DNA of 64,000 nt from Emiliania huxleyi CCMP1516 (taxonomy: Eukaryota): the NCBI RefSeq assembly GCF_000372725.1, contig NW_005202368.1:92045-156044 (forward strand), in the 5' to 3' direction. The notes beneath the pieces are model-generated. The model was not told the DNA's origin and made no database searches. It saw only the letters and a program-made list of their open reading frames with translations. Below, piece by piece: positions 46,047 through 58,109 of this stretch. Position 1 is the first letter of the stretch, and each line of letters starts with the position of its first letter. The position numbers and the translations under genes were made by a program.

Positions 46047-46134
46047 TGCCACCGGCGGGCCCCCGGTTACTCAAAACGGTCTGGCCCAGGGGCGGCGAGG
46101 CGGCCTGCTGCAGACGCCGCTCATATACCAACAA

Positions 46135-47668
46135 ATGGGTACAGCCTTCGGGAGCCCCGGCGGCCTCGCGCCCAGTGACGACGAGCGGCCTGCGCACATC
46201 GAGGCCGATGAACATGACACACTGGCTGCGGAAAAGGCCAGCTCCTCGTGGGTGCGGCTCGGCGGAAGCAATCTCGAGCCTTTCCTGCAAGTCGATCCGG
46301 AGCTGAAGCACAGCCCCGTGCGCCTTGTGGACGCACGATACCTTCTGAGGAGCGCGGGCTATGTCATGCACGACCGAGCGCCTTCCCGCGCTGCGCTGAT
46401 CCCAGGGATGGAACCACCCGTTGGCGAACCTTGGTCGTACTCACCTCAGCAGCTTCAGCAGGCACCACTGCTTCGCCGTAGACAGGAGCTGCCTGCCGAG
46501 GCGTTCCTCAGCCTGTGTGACCTGCAGCAGATGGACCAGGTGGTGTCGACGTACGGCGACTGCCTGCGCATTCTCGTAGTGTCGCATCCATGGTTGCAGC
46601 CGGACCACTGCGACCCGTTAGGCCGCAACCTGAAGATTCTGGCACAAGCAGTGGCAGCGTACTTGGAGCAGTGGGGTGGCACGTTTGGCATCTTCCTCGA
46701 TTTCATGTCGCTCCATCAAAAGGACAACCAAGGCCGGCGGACCGATGCTGAGCGTGCTCTTTTCACCAAGGCGCTTGACAGCCTCTCGGAGCTCTACAGC
46801 CACTTGTTCACCCCTGTCTTCAAGCTGACCAAGCTGCCGGGGGACTATCCCCTCGGCTACACCTTCGCAAGTGGCTCGCGCCCCAACAAGGCGGACTACC
46901 AGGACCGAGGCTGGGTGCGCGCACCTCACGCCACGCGCTGCCCTGAGGGAGGTCGCCCCTGACTAAAGGTCCACGCGCCAGCCCGCCCCCCCCCCGCCCC
47001 TATACTCCCCTCCTCCCCTGTCCCAGTGCTTTTTCGAGGCATCGATCGCCAATTTCAAGGACTTTCGCTTGGTGCTCGACTTGGGCGTGCTCCACCCTGC
47101 GGAGCATCAGTACCCCTCCGGCGACCACTCGGCCTTCCACGAGCTGCGCGTTGCGTGCGCGCTGAGAGCCGGCCGCCAAGCGCCGTTGCTGCCCGCTGAC
47201 TTTGCGCGGCGGCTGCGCGGCAAGTCGTTCACGAGCAAGAAGGCCGACTTGCACGTCGTGCAGAGGCTGTACGCGCAGGCCTTCACTGCGCGGCTCGCCG
47301 AGGCGCGCGAGCTCATCTTCCAGGACTTGGGCTGGACGGATGACGACGCCGCGCAGTTGGCACGCGTCGTCGCGAGCGGCGTGATGCTCAACCTGCAGAG
47401 GCTCTCCGTCGCGCGGAATGCCATCGGCGACGCGGGCATGCGCCGGCTCGCGGCCGCCATCCGCCGGCGTGGAGCGCTGCCCGCCATCCGCGCGCTCCAA
47501 CTGAACGGCAACCCCGGGGACATCGATCCAGTGTGGCGCGCGCTCAAGTCTGTGACACCCGCAGACTTCCGATGCCTGCGTGCTAACAACGACATGGAGG
47601 TGGTAGCCTGCGATGGCGCCGTGGATGGCGAGGGACTGCCCATGCACCCAGCAATGACACACACCTAA
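46135..47668 (+). CDS. HET-like (TIR-related) domain + RNI-like LRR protein, 2 exons
   Basis: VVSHPW...DP.G, IFLDFMSLHQ, LYSH and YQDRGW|CFFE (intron about 46915-47025); LRR segments LQRLSVARNAIGDAG and LQLNGNP. Confidence 0.75.
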
Positions 47669-47806
47669 GGTAAGGTAAGGTAAGGTAAACTTCTCCACAC
47701 ACACGAGGTGGTGGGGCAAGGGGGGGCAACCGCCCTCGCGTCTCCACGTCTAACGACAGGAGCCCCACGGCATTCAAAGTGCAAGGCCCGGTGCGCGTGG
47801 GTGAGC
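47666..47806 (-). mobile_element. Retroposon family B copy, inverted relative to 45903-46046
   Basis: (taagg)4 taaacttctccacacacacgaggtggtggggcaagggg...gagccccacggcattcaaagtgcaag...gtgggtgagc. Confidence 0.88.
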
Positions 47807-47906
<100 letters not shown>

Positions 47907-49582
47907 ACGTCACTGCATCCTCTGCCGGTTCCTCCCGTCGCCTCTTCTTTGTTCGAATGTTTTCAATCCATCCTTCACGAAGCCCTCCCATGTAGCTAGC
48001 GTTCTTTGCGAATGTCTCGAAATGGCCAGCAGGCGCTGTCTGCTCGCGGCCTGTGCGGGCCGCTCGTCCTCCTCGCCCTTCTTTCGTCCTCCCGTCCCTC
48101 CCCTCCACCATGGCCTCCTCGGCAATTCTTTCTCCATCCGCCTCGCCCTGCCTTTTCGTATCGTGCCGTTCGCCGCCCTCCATTCGGTGACCTCCATGGC
48201 TGTCCGCCTCCTTTTGGGTGGCGCTCTCGATCCCTCCCGACAAACTCCCGCACACACACAATCGCACTCTGGCCATCGAATGACTCCGAATGACTCACTG
48301 TGTGTGCTAAGACAAAATCTCCGCAGACAGCCAAAACGGGCCGTGCCGCGTTTGTGGTGTCTTCTCAAGCAAGAGCATCCGGGCGCCGCACTCGAGTGGG
48401 CGGGTCACATCTATGTGGGCCCAGTGTGCGCACTAGGCGCATATGCTAGTGCTATCCTGCCCTATGGGAGGCAGAGGGGTGGGGGGAGGGGGGGGCAGAG
48501 GTAAGGTGGGGTGAGACTGGGGAGGACCTCAGAGGTCCTCCATGGGGGTGGGGTCCGGCTCGAACAGGTCACAAGTGACGCCGTTCCCGCCATCGCCGCC
48601 GACGCCGTCGCCCTTGTCCGCCTCGGAGGCGGAGGCGAGGTCGTCGGGGTCTCGAGAGCGACATCTTGGCTGCCACATGCTCGCCGCACCTCGCACTCGA
48701 GGGCGGGGAGAGGCTCGCCCGGCACACGGCGTCACACTCCCTCCTCTCTGTGGCGCCACACGAGACTTGAGAGCAGGGGGCAGGGGGGAGGGGGCGCGGC
48801 GGACGGTGCGAACTGCGATCGGATCAGGCCCAGGGTACGTGATTTCACATGGAAACACAGCGAATCGGTTTCACTTTCACTTCACATTTCATGTGAAACG
48901 AAATTTCACTTTTTCGAGCGAGTGTGAACGGGAATGATGACGGATGCTCCCACCGAGTTCCGACACTCTGACACTCACTTGCAGTGTTGGTGTTTTGACT
49001 TTAGAAGCGCGCCCCGCTCGCAGTGTTGGGCGCGCGGGGGGGCTGCGGTCGGCCGACCCATGAGCTGCGCGCATGCGACTGCCGGGATGAGAGGCACCGT
49101 GCCCTCGGGACCACGGGAGTGCCCCACCGACGGCGGGCCGCAATGCGCCGTGTGTGGGCCCATCAGCAGCGGTCGCGTGTGTTACTGTCTAGGCAGCGCG
49201 CGGCTGCTGGAGTGTGGAGAGCTGCGCGGCCCGGCGGCGAGCGCGGCAGTGATGCGCCGGCGTGTGCTGGGTCAGCAGACGCCGTGGCCGCTGGCCATGC
49301 AGCGGCCCGGGTCGGGAGACGCGTGGAATTGGGTCATGCCAGTGTACTGACTGACCTGAGAACATAAGCAGACTAGTCAGCAGGCGGGCCCGCTCCGCGC
49401 CGCCGCGCGCCCGGTGGCGGCGCGCCGCGCCCGCGGCGCGCCGGCGCCGGCGCGCCCGGAAGCGGAACCGCTCCCGGGGACCGCGGACCGCCGGTTCCGC
49501 GACCCGGGGATAAAATCTGTTTGACTCCACGCCTTGTGGTCCAGGCCTCTTCACCTCAGGTCTATCGGAGGTCGCCCGATCC

Positions 49583-51142
49583 TCACCCGCGACAAAAGGG
49601 CGTCCGATCCGACGCACCGGCGGCGCACGGGCCGCCTTCGCTCGTCGCGGCGGCTTGCTGCTCGAGGACGGCGGCGGCCTCGCGCAACCTCGGCGGTGCG
49701 CGCAGGCTGCGTGCGTGGAAGGGCGAGAGCGTGCGCACACGTGCAGCGCCCTCGGCGTCGGCAGCGGCCTGCCGCCACACGCCCGCAACATAGCGCATGG
49801 AGCGTGGCGTCATGAGCCATCGTCGCGGCCGGCCCTGCGTGAGCGGCCAGAGCTGCGCGATGGCGTCGCGCGAGACGTTGGCGGAGATGGCGTCGAAGAG
49901 CACCGCGTCGGGGTGCGCGCACGACGCGAGCGAGTTGGGGCAGCAATAGTTAGGCGAGGGGCAGCAGAGCGAATCGGAGGCCTCATCGTAGGCAAAGTCG
50001 GAGGGCGACTGGCAGATGCCCGAGGCACGCACCCACTCCATGCGCGGGAGCAGATCGTACACCGGGTTGAGCATGCACGTCGAGCGGCACGGGTTGGAGT
50101 CAAACTGGCCGCGCACGAGCCATCGCAATCCGGGCGGGATGGGCGCATTGGCAGGAGGCGCTGCCCCGGCGGGCGGCGTGGCGGCGGCAGCGGAGCGGGC
50201 GAGGGCGGCGGCGTGCGGCGGCGTGCTCGCTGTTGCGGGTAGGTGGTGCGCTGCGCCGCCGCCCTCCTTGCCGCTGAAGAAGGGCAGCGCACGCATCAGA
50301 CCGAAGACCATGTTGTGCATGAATCCGAGCGGCCAGCTCTTGTTGCGCACGGGGAAGAACTCGTGGCGCGATGAGGCGAGGAAGCAGCGCGTGTAGGCGT
50401 ACGGGAAGGCGATCAGGGCGTCGGGCGCGCGCACGTTGCTCCGCCGCCAGTCGGAGCGCGCGCTCAGCGGGAAGGTGCGCTCCGAGGCGACGGGGTCCGA
50501 GTGGTGCCGCCAGTGGCCGCCAGCTTCGCGCCAAAGCAGCCGGAAGCCGTCGATAGCGGCGGCGTCGCCGAGGATGGCGTATAGGTCGGCCTTGTAGAAG
50601 ACGTCGAAGCGCGTGATCGCCACCGCCGAATAGCTCGTCGCGTGCGCGTGGCACCAGTTGAGGAAGGCGCGCACCGCCGCGCCGAGCGGCAGCAGCTGTG
50701 TGGCCGTCGAGCGCTGCAGCACCGTCGTCACCGCGGCAACGCGCGCGCCAAAGGGATCGAGGAGCGCGGCGCGCGACCCACCCAACTCGCGGTACATCGT
50801 GAGGAAGACGTCGACCGTGTGCCCCGCCCGCTCGTACGGCACCACAAGCCGCGCCACCAGCGACTCCAGGCACTCGCGCTGCGCGCGCTCGCGGCTCGCC
50901 TGGCTCCACCGGTCGATGAGGAAGCTCTCGCGCGCCTCGCCGCGGAAGGTCTGTCCGCGCACGAGCACTGCGAGCGACGGCCGCGCCGGCGCCGGCGCTG
51001 CCGCGCGCGCGCTCCGCCGCGCGAAGCCGCGAGGCGCGGCCGGGCGCAGGTCGCTCGTGCGGGTCGACACGTCGGCCTCGAGAGCCCGCACGTGCTCCAT
51101 GACGCCGGGCCGACGCTGCATCATGCGCTGTTTACGCGGCAC
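49583..51142 (-). CDS. Putative glycosyltransferase-like protein with a Cys-rich C-terminal part; start uncertain
   Basis: LAVLVRGQTFR...VDVFL...YSAVAITRFDVFY; long ORF with strong GC3 bias. Confidence 0.55.
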   Translation of the reverse strand: MPRKQRMMQRRPGVMEHVRALEADVSTRTSDLRPAAPRGFARRSARAAAPAPARPSLAVLVRGQTFRGEARESFLIDRWSQASRERAQRECLESLVARLVVPYERAGHTVDVFLTMYRELGGSRAALLDPFGARVAAVTTVLQRSTATQLLPLGAAVRAFLNWCHAHATSYSAVAITRFDVFYKADLYAILGDAAAIDGFRLLWREAGGHWRHHSDPVASERTFPLSARSDWRRSNVRAPDALIAFPYAYTRCFLASSRHEFFPVRNKSWPLGFMHNMVFGLMRALPFFSGKEGGGAAHHLPATASTPPHAAALARSAAAATPPAGAAPPANAPIPPGLRWLVRGQFDSNPCRSTCMLNPVYDLLPRMEWVRASGICQSPSDFAYDEASDSLCCPSPNYCCPNSLASCAHPDAVLFDAISANVSRDAIAQLWPLTQGRPRRWLMTPRSMRYVAGVWRQAAADAEGAARVRTLSPFHARSLRAPPRLREAAAVLEQQAAATSEGGPCAAGASDRTPFCRG

Positions 51143-51566
51143 TCGCGTGCGCGCGCATGCAGCGACGTCGTGTTCTGGTCCTCGAGCGCATGGCGGCGCA
51201 GCATGTTGTCAGGCGCTTGTCGGCGCCGTCGCAGTCTGGGGCGCCCTTCTCTCTTGCCAAAGAGGGTCAATTTTGTCGCGCCCTGCACCCGGGTGCTGGG
51301 CGGGCCGTTCCGTGGAAAGACGCGGACGAGAACGGCGCTTCACTGTAAGGGCGTGTGAATGACGGACGCCGCCGCGTTGCCAGCTTTTGCGCCTCGTATC
51401 AAGATACTCACTCACACACCTCCCTTTCACACCTCCCTTTGATCATGTCTCCAAAAAATTAGATTCTTATCTTTTTGCCCCCCTCCGAGTGTGTCGAGAG
51501 AGAGAGAGATTTTTATTAACCAACAAGAAATCACGACTCTCACAGTGATTTGGGCTCGGCAGCTTG

Positions 51567-52197
51567 TTAGCCCTCAGCCGAAGCTGGGGCCGGTCCCGTA
51601 GCCGAGAGAGCCCGCGCCGATGAGTTCGACGCGGTCGGGGGGGCCTTGCGGAGAGGCCAGCGAGGTGGCGATCGCTGTACTTCATGGTCGTCATCAAGTG
51701 ACCGGCTGACAAGCCAGAGGTCGATACTCTGGACGACCCATAGGATGCCACGAATGCCTGAAGGAGAGGGAGGCGAGGCCAGAGGCAGGCTCAGCTGCTC
51801 TCGGGTGATCCCGCTTTGGAGGCTGAAGGACCCGATGGTCCTGTCACATTCGCGTTCCGAGTCGTGGGGGTAGAAGAATTCGAGTAGAAATCGAGTCAGC
51901 ACTTCCTTGTAGTACAGCGGACCGCCAGGCTCGCCGGCAGCATCCGCAGGGAGGCAGCATATGAGGCACCAGTTTTCTGGAGAGCTCAGCAGCTGCGGCC
52001 GCGGTGGCAGAGTCGGCCGCGGTTCGAGCGAGCAGCTTTTGGCTGCGGGTTCGAATCGCGGAAGGCTCATGCCCTCGCGGAGCGACGCGGGTCGCGCGGC
52101 GTGCGCGTGTGCGAAATGCGACAAAAGACGAAAGACGACAGGCGCCTGAGCGCTGTACGCCTGAACTTTTGTCGCCGCAATCGCCACCGCCGCCATC
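51567..52197 (-). CDS. Possible small multi-exon hypothetical protein
   Basis: Natural-looking segment GGPLYYKEVLTRFLLEFFYPHDSERECDRTIGSF; no family recognised. Confidence 0.3.
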
Positions 52198-52697
52198 TTG
52201 ACGAGCAGCGCGAGCGCGCTCGTCGGCGGCCAGCCGTCGCGGGCCGGGCCGAGCCCGGCCTCAACCGGCCGCGCCGCCGCAGCAGGCCCGGAGGCCCACA
52301 TGGCGGCCGACCAGCTGATAAGGAGTCTTTCTCTCTTCTGTGTGTCGTCGTCTGTCGTCTGTCTCTTGTGAGAGAGAGAGAGAGAGATTTTTAGCAATAC
52401 CAAACAACTCTAACACTCACACGTAATTTGGGGCCTGGAGCCCTGTTCACGCGCGCGCGAGACGTGCAGACAGGGTTGCCAGGTTGAGAGCGTTTTGTTT
52501 GTTGCTCTTGTGTCGGTCACTGTGTGTACGTCATATCGGTCATGATAACAAGCACGGTCGATCCGTCGAAGCGATACACTCGTTCCTATCACGTTGGACG
52601 GCTTGCACGGAGCCTGTGCCGGCACACAGGAAGACGTGTAAGATTTTATTTATTATTTGTTATTTAGGCCACACGCGGCACCGCAACACACAGAGAG

Positions 52698-54024
52698 TCA
52701 CCATGACGCGCGGGCCGACTTGATGTCCGTCCGCACGCGACTCCCCTTTTTGACCACGACCCCCGCCTGCCACTCCACGAAGCCCGTCTGCGTCCTCCGG
52801 TCCGTGCCGTTCATGTTGACCTGCGGCGCGGTCGGGTCGGGCTGGTTCTTGAGCCAGCACCAACCCTTGCGCGACCCCTTCGGGAGCTGCGCCGGCGCGA
52901 AGCACATCTCGAGCGGGCAAAACACAAAGACGTTGCACGGCATGTAGTACGGCTGCTCCGGCGTCAGCTCGAGGCAGCGCCTGCCGCGATATCAGCAGTA
53001 CTGAGGCGCCGACTGCCGCGGTGTCTGTCTTATCCACACTCAGTAAAAGGTGAGCAGCGAGGCCCGACTGCCGCAGTCCGCCAGCGACGAGGTCCATATC
53101 TCCCCTTATCTCCCCATATCTCCCCATATCTCCGCCTGCCGCAGTCGCCAGTGACGAGGTCCATATCTCCCATATCTCCCCATGTCTCCGCCTGCCGCAG
53201 TCCGCCAGCGACGAGGCGATGTGGTCGGAGCCCCAGCGGAGCGCGTACCCGTCCATGTCCATGTGGTCGAATGAGACCACCTGATGTGCGGCCAGACCCG
53301 TGTTTCGCCTCTCCATCTGTCAAGGACACCTCGCGCTCCGACGCGAAATCGGGAGATGTGGGGAGATATGGGGAGATATGGGGAGATGTGGGGAGATGTG
53401 GGGAGATATGGACCTCGCGCTCCGACCCGAACTCGGCGCGGTTGGCCTCGACGCGCCGCCTGAGGCTCCACGGCTGCGCCTTCTCGTGAACCTACGGCAC
53501 ACGTGTCCCGGACGTGTCGTGGACGCGTCCGCCGGAGGCCCCATCGCTGCGCCTTCTCGCGTGCACCTCCCTCTCGCTCTGCGGCTGCGTCGCCTCGACC
53601 GCCGCCTGCGCCTCGGCGGTGGCGAAGCCGAGCGTTACCATGTACTTGACGAGGGCAGCCTGGTCAGTCAGTCATCAGCCGAGATCACCCGAGATTGGGC
53701 ATCAGCGTTGCCGTGTGCTACTACGACGGCCTGGCTAGCGCTCAGGGCGGTCGCCGTTGGCGGCGGCCGCGAGCTGGGAGGAGAGAGCGACGACGGAGGC
53801 GGAGGCGGAGAGAGCGACGGGAGGGCTCCGCTGTTGATGAGGAGAGTGATGTCTGCCGCCGAGAGGCGAGAATCATCAGTCGGCGTCTCAAAGGGGCGCA
53901 GCTCGCTGCCGCCAATCCGACGGCGAGTGTGACGCGCCTGCCGGAGCACCCGCTCTGGGCTGGCAGAGACCCGTGACGTCTCGAAGAGGAGGAGGGCGAG
54001 CAGCGCGGCGGTGGCCAGACCCAT
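52698..54024 (-). CDS. Secreted or membrane-anchored PAN/apple-like domain protein, multi-exon
   Basis: Signal peptide MGLATAALLALLLF; DGYALRWG..H..SSLADCGRRC...CNVFVFCP...C...CWLK...VEWQAGVV. Confidence 0.7.
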
Positions 54025-54412
54025 CGCAGCAGCATGACAGTTGCAACGCGATGGTGGCGCATGGCCGCCGGCGGTGCTGCTGCGCATCACGCCGACCCGA
54101 CCCTGAGCTTCTCTAGAGACTTGAGCGCAGCCGCTCCGGACGGGGAGCGATTAGACAGGGGGAGAGGGCCTGTGTCTCCAGTATCGAGAGCTGCGCGAGC
54201 CCGCGTGTTATGCCGTGCCCGCGCGGCATACAGCGGGTGTTTTTTCTTTTTCAGTGAAACCGTGATCGCCCGTCTAGCGTCCACCCATACCGCGTTGGTG
54301 TCCCAGTCGTTGTATAAAATGAACTCGGTGGCCGACGTCTCCAGTATCGAGGCTGCGCAAGCACGTGTTGCGTGTCCCGGCGGCCGGGCACCAGAAAAAA
54401 AAAATCTGCACA

Positions 54413-54531
54413 GATGGGAGGACGGCACGCCGCCACCACACAGGGACTTTAAGGAGAGGGGTGTGGTTCGCTAGCCGTCGCCCACCCTTGGGCGTCCGCC
54501 TCTTCCTATCTCTCTTCGCAGTCTCTCTCCG
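54413..54531 (-). mobile_element. Retroposon family A copy, reverse orientation
   Basis: Reverse complement of about 9450-9570. Confidence 0.85.
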
Positions 54532-55435
54532 CTTCTCGCTTCAACCTTCGTGCCACCTCGCGGTCGCCCCCTTACCTACCTACCTATGACGGACGACCGA
54601 AATCACCCCGTTTTTGCCCATTCATTGCAGTTCATCGGGAGGGATCAGATAGCCCGTCGGATCGATCCACGAGCACGACACAGCAACGATGCGTGGGCCT
54701 ATGCGGGGCCGCGCGGCTTAGGGTACCCCCCTAGGCTTAAAAGGGTGAGGTGTCTCTAGCATCTAGGCTTGCAAGCAAGGGGTTGACGTATCAAGCACGT
54801 TAAAAAAAGTGGGAAGGAACTCTATTCACAGCTGCTCAACCTGATTGTCCGGTATGATTGCCCGGTTAGGTACTTTGTTCCAGCTCCGGGGTTTCTTTTT
54901 TGCTCGGCGTCTGGTCTCGAAAAACCTGATATTCCCCTGTCCCCTGACTAACCATCTGACCACTCATCGACGGGGCTTGGCGAGCGGCCGCGCTGCGGGG
55001 CAGGGCTGGTGAGGATGGGCTCTGGCCACTCGCCCGTGCGGTTGTAACCGCGCATCAGCCGAACGGAGGCCTCGACCGCCCCTCGCGGCAAGCTCTCGAG
55101 CATCTCGAGCAGCTCGCCCGCCGCCATCGCCGCCTCGAACTGCTCCTTCATGCCGAGCGCGCCGCATACCCTGCGGACCGCCTCCTGCTGCACCTCGTCC
55201 GGCGTATCGGTTTCATAGCCGGACGAGTCAGCGGAGGCGGCCCGCTTGGCGGGCGGAGAGTCGGGCGACGGCGAGCGCGACTGGCGCGAGGGCCCGCTGC
55301 CGCGCGCGGACAGCGCGTTCTAGGCCAAAATCCCCACTGGGCCGAGAGCTGTTTGAATACTTTTTCTGTGATTAGTTTCATTGAAGGCTCCCACGCTTGT
55401 TGGCTGGCAAGCACTTGCCAAAAGGGGCCCGCGAC

Positions 55436-56150
55436 ATGAGCTCGGTGCGGGTCGACAGCCATCAGCCGTGCTGCGGCCTGGCGGCAGCCTCTTCCGACCC
55501 GCCGTCGCCCGTCGCCGCCGCCGCTGAGGTGGGCAGCAGCAGTGGGACCGGCGCCGCTGGTGGCTGCTCGCCGATGCCACGGGTGTGCGGCGTCCGCTTT
55601 GGCTCCGTCGACGTGCTTTACCACAGCGTACATCTCGACGACTCAAAGCTGCCGAGCGACGGCCTCGCACCGCTCGGACTCGGAGAGCTGCAGCGGCGGG
55701 AGCATCTGCAGGTGGACAGCTTCGAGCGGCAGCGGTGCGTGCCGCTCGTTGTCCCTCCTGCGCCTCGCGCATATCCGACAACTCACGCCACTGCCGGTAT
55801 GCCTCAGGTGCGGGCAGCGCTGCGACGGCGGGGCGATGGTGATCCCGCCTGCCGAGAGGGCCTCGCTGGCCGGCATGAAGCGGCAGGCCTCCCTCGAGGC
55901 GATCGAAAAGGTGCGCGTCGGGAGGAAGGGCGGAGAAATGGGGGGGGGGGGGAGGGGGGGGTGCAGGCAGGGCTCAGCTGGTGCCGCTCCCAACGTGGCA
56001 CTCCCAACGCGCATGCGGGGGTAGAGGGGGGGGAGGGGGGGTCGGGCAGGCCGGCTGCCAGGGATGATCCTCTGGCGTGAGCAGGTGAACGAGCAGCTGC
56101 GGCTGGAGCGAGCGAGTTCGGTCCGCGAGTTCATCCAGGCAAACTCTCTC
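55436..56150 (+). CDS. Hypothetical multi-exon protein with a CSRNP-N-like motif; runs toward the assembly gap
   Basis: VRFGSVDV...KLPSDGLAPLGLG...E...VDSFERQR resembles the conserved motif of cysteine/serine-rich nuclear proteins. Confidence 0.5.
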
Positions 56151-56195
56151 CCGCGCACAAGCCCCCCCCCCTACCCCCGGTTGCTCGCGGGGGGG

Positions 56196-56760
56196 NNNNN
56201 NNNNNNNNNNNNNNNNNNNNNNNNNNNNNNNNNNNNNNNNNNNNNNNNNNNNNNNNNNNNNNNNNNNNNNNNNNNNNNNNNNNNNNNNNNNNNNNCCCCC
56301 CCCCCCCCCTTTCTTGGTTTTTTTTTTTTTCGGGGGCCCCCCTTTTTTGGGGGGAAGGGCACCCCCTTTTTTTTTAAGGAATTTCCTTTAAAGCGGTGGG
56401 GGGGAGGCATTGGAACCCACGGGGAAGGAAAAAAAAAGGGGGGGCGGGAAAAAAAACGGCCGGGGGGGGGGAAAGGGGGGGGGGATCAACGGGGGGGGGG
56501 GAAACCGGGGTGGGGGGGGCCCCAAAAAAAATGGGGGAGGCAACAGGGGGGGGGGTTTTGTTTCCCAAAATTTTCCAAAAGGGGACGGGGGGTTTGAAAG
56601 GGCACTCCGGGCCCCTCCCCCTTTTGGGGGGAATAGGGGGGGGGGGGGGGGGGCCCCCCCGGTTGGGGGGGGGGGATTTTTCCCCCCCCCCCCCCCCCCC
56701 CCCCAAAAAACACACACATTCCCTCCCCCCCCCCCCCTCCTACCCCCCTCCCCCCCCGCC
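56196..56760. other. Assembly gap (100 N) followed by low-quality homopolymer-rich sequence
   Basis: N run at 56196-56295; homopolymer-run noise to about 56760. Confidence 0.95.
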
Positions 56761-58109
56761 CCCCCTCCTCCATTCCTGCCACCGCCGCAGCTCTGCCCCA
56801 CTGGCCCTCCCGCCGCGCCCCAGCCCGCATGCAACTCGTAGTCAGTCCCCACACACACCCTCCTCGAGGACACCCTTTCCCCCTCAAGTCAGCCAGTCAG
56901 TCTGACACGCCTCGGAGCATGGAGGGACGGGCCCACACACACACACACACGCTGCACACAATTGGCTCGTGAGCCGACACGTAGCACCGGGTCCGGACTG
57001 CTGGACGCACAGCACACAGCACACAGGACAGCTCACGAGGCGCCCCCTCAAGCAGGCTCGACAACCTCTCCCTGGTCCGCGTCCTCCTCCGCTCGGGCGT
57101 AGAGGCCGCACCGCCCCCGCCGCCGAGCCGCCCGTCCTCGCGGGAGCCGCAGCCCGCGCCGCCGCCGCTCGGCTCGCCGCCGCTCGGCTCGCCGTTTGGC
57201 TCCGCGGCGCGCATCGCTCCCGTCGCCGCGGTGGGCGGCGGGGCGGAGCTCGATGTCTGCGCCGCCGCCGCCCCGGCCGCCGGCCCCGTTGCGTTTCGCG
57301 CAGAGAGTGGCGACGCCGCGGAGAGGGCGGCGGAGGCGTTGGCCGCCGCTGCCTCGACCGAGGTGTGAGCTCGCAGGGACAATCCGCTTCGTTGTGCCGC
57401 TCCGAGTCGCCTCTCCCTCCCCGGGCTAGCGTCCGCGCTCCGCGGCCCGAATCTACATGCACGCCGCTTGCCCAACACGCCTCGCGCATGGCCAGTACAT
57501 GGGTGGCCATCGTTTGGAGATACCACCACGCACGTGGAAGGGGGCACCCGCGCAGGAGAGCCGGGCGAGAAGCCAGGGGGGAGAGAATATCCACATGGCA
57601 TGTGCGCACGTCGCGCCCACAGGGGCAGCTGTTTCTAGTTTGTATACGCGTATCGGTCGGTCGTTTCCTTATTTTATAGAGTATGTGCGCTTGAGCGTGC
57701 TCTCTCTGCACGCCGGTGCAGAGACGTTCTGTGAAGACCAGCGCACAGCGCCATAGGACGTGTTTTCTTCTCAATAACAAGGCTGTGAACCGCTCTGTGC
57801 GCTGAAGACGAGACACGTTTCACATACGAGAGCTGCAGCCTGGGAGCTGTGGCGCTGGCGGCACGGCTGCGCTCCTGCAGCGCTCCTGTGGGGGGTGCGT
57901 CTGGCCGCGACGCTGCCACCGACCGTAGGGAGCGGGGGCGACGCGATGCGCGCTGTGTGGCTGATTCTACTGCTATGGCTGCGAAATAGAGAGGCTATGG
58001 GGCAAGTGTCAAGTGTGGTCAGGGAGGTGGCTCTACGTAGAGCCGTACGCCAGTGGCAGTGCGAGCGCGGTTGTGCAGTGCGGGGCGCGAGGGCGTTCCT
58101 CCACGCGCA

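Noticed and set aside
54948..55250. Short minus-strand ORF (GYETDTPDEVQQEAVRRVCG...)
   Set aside because: Plausible composition but no clear start or motif; support is insufficient.
56296..56760. G/C-run-rich stretch as a G-quadruplex array or Pro/Gly-rich gene
   Set aside because: It lies next to the N gap and looks like failed Sanger read ends.
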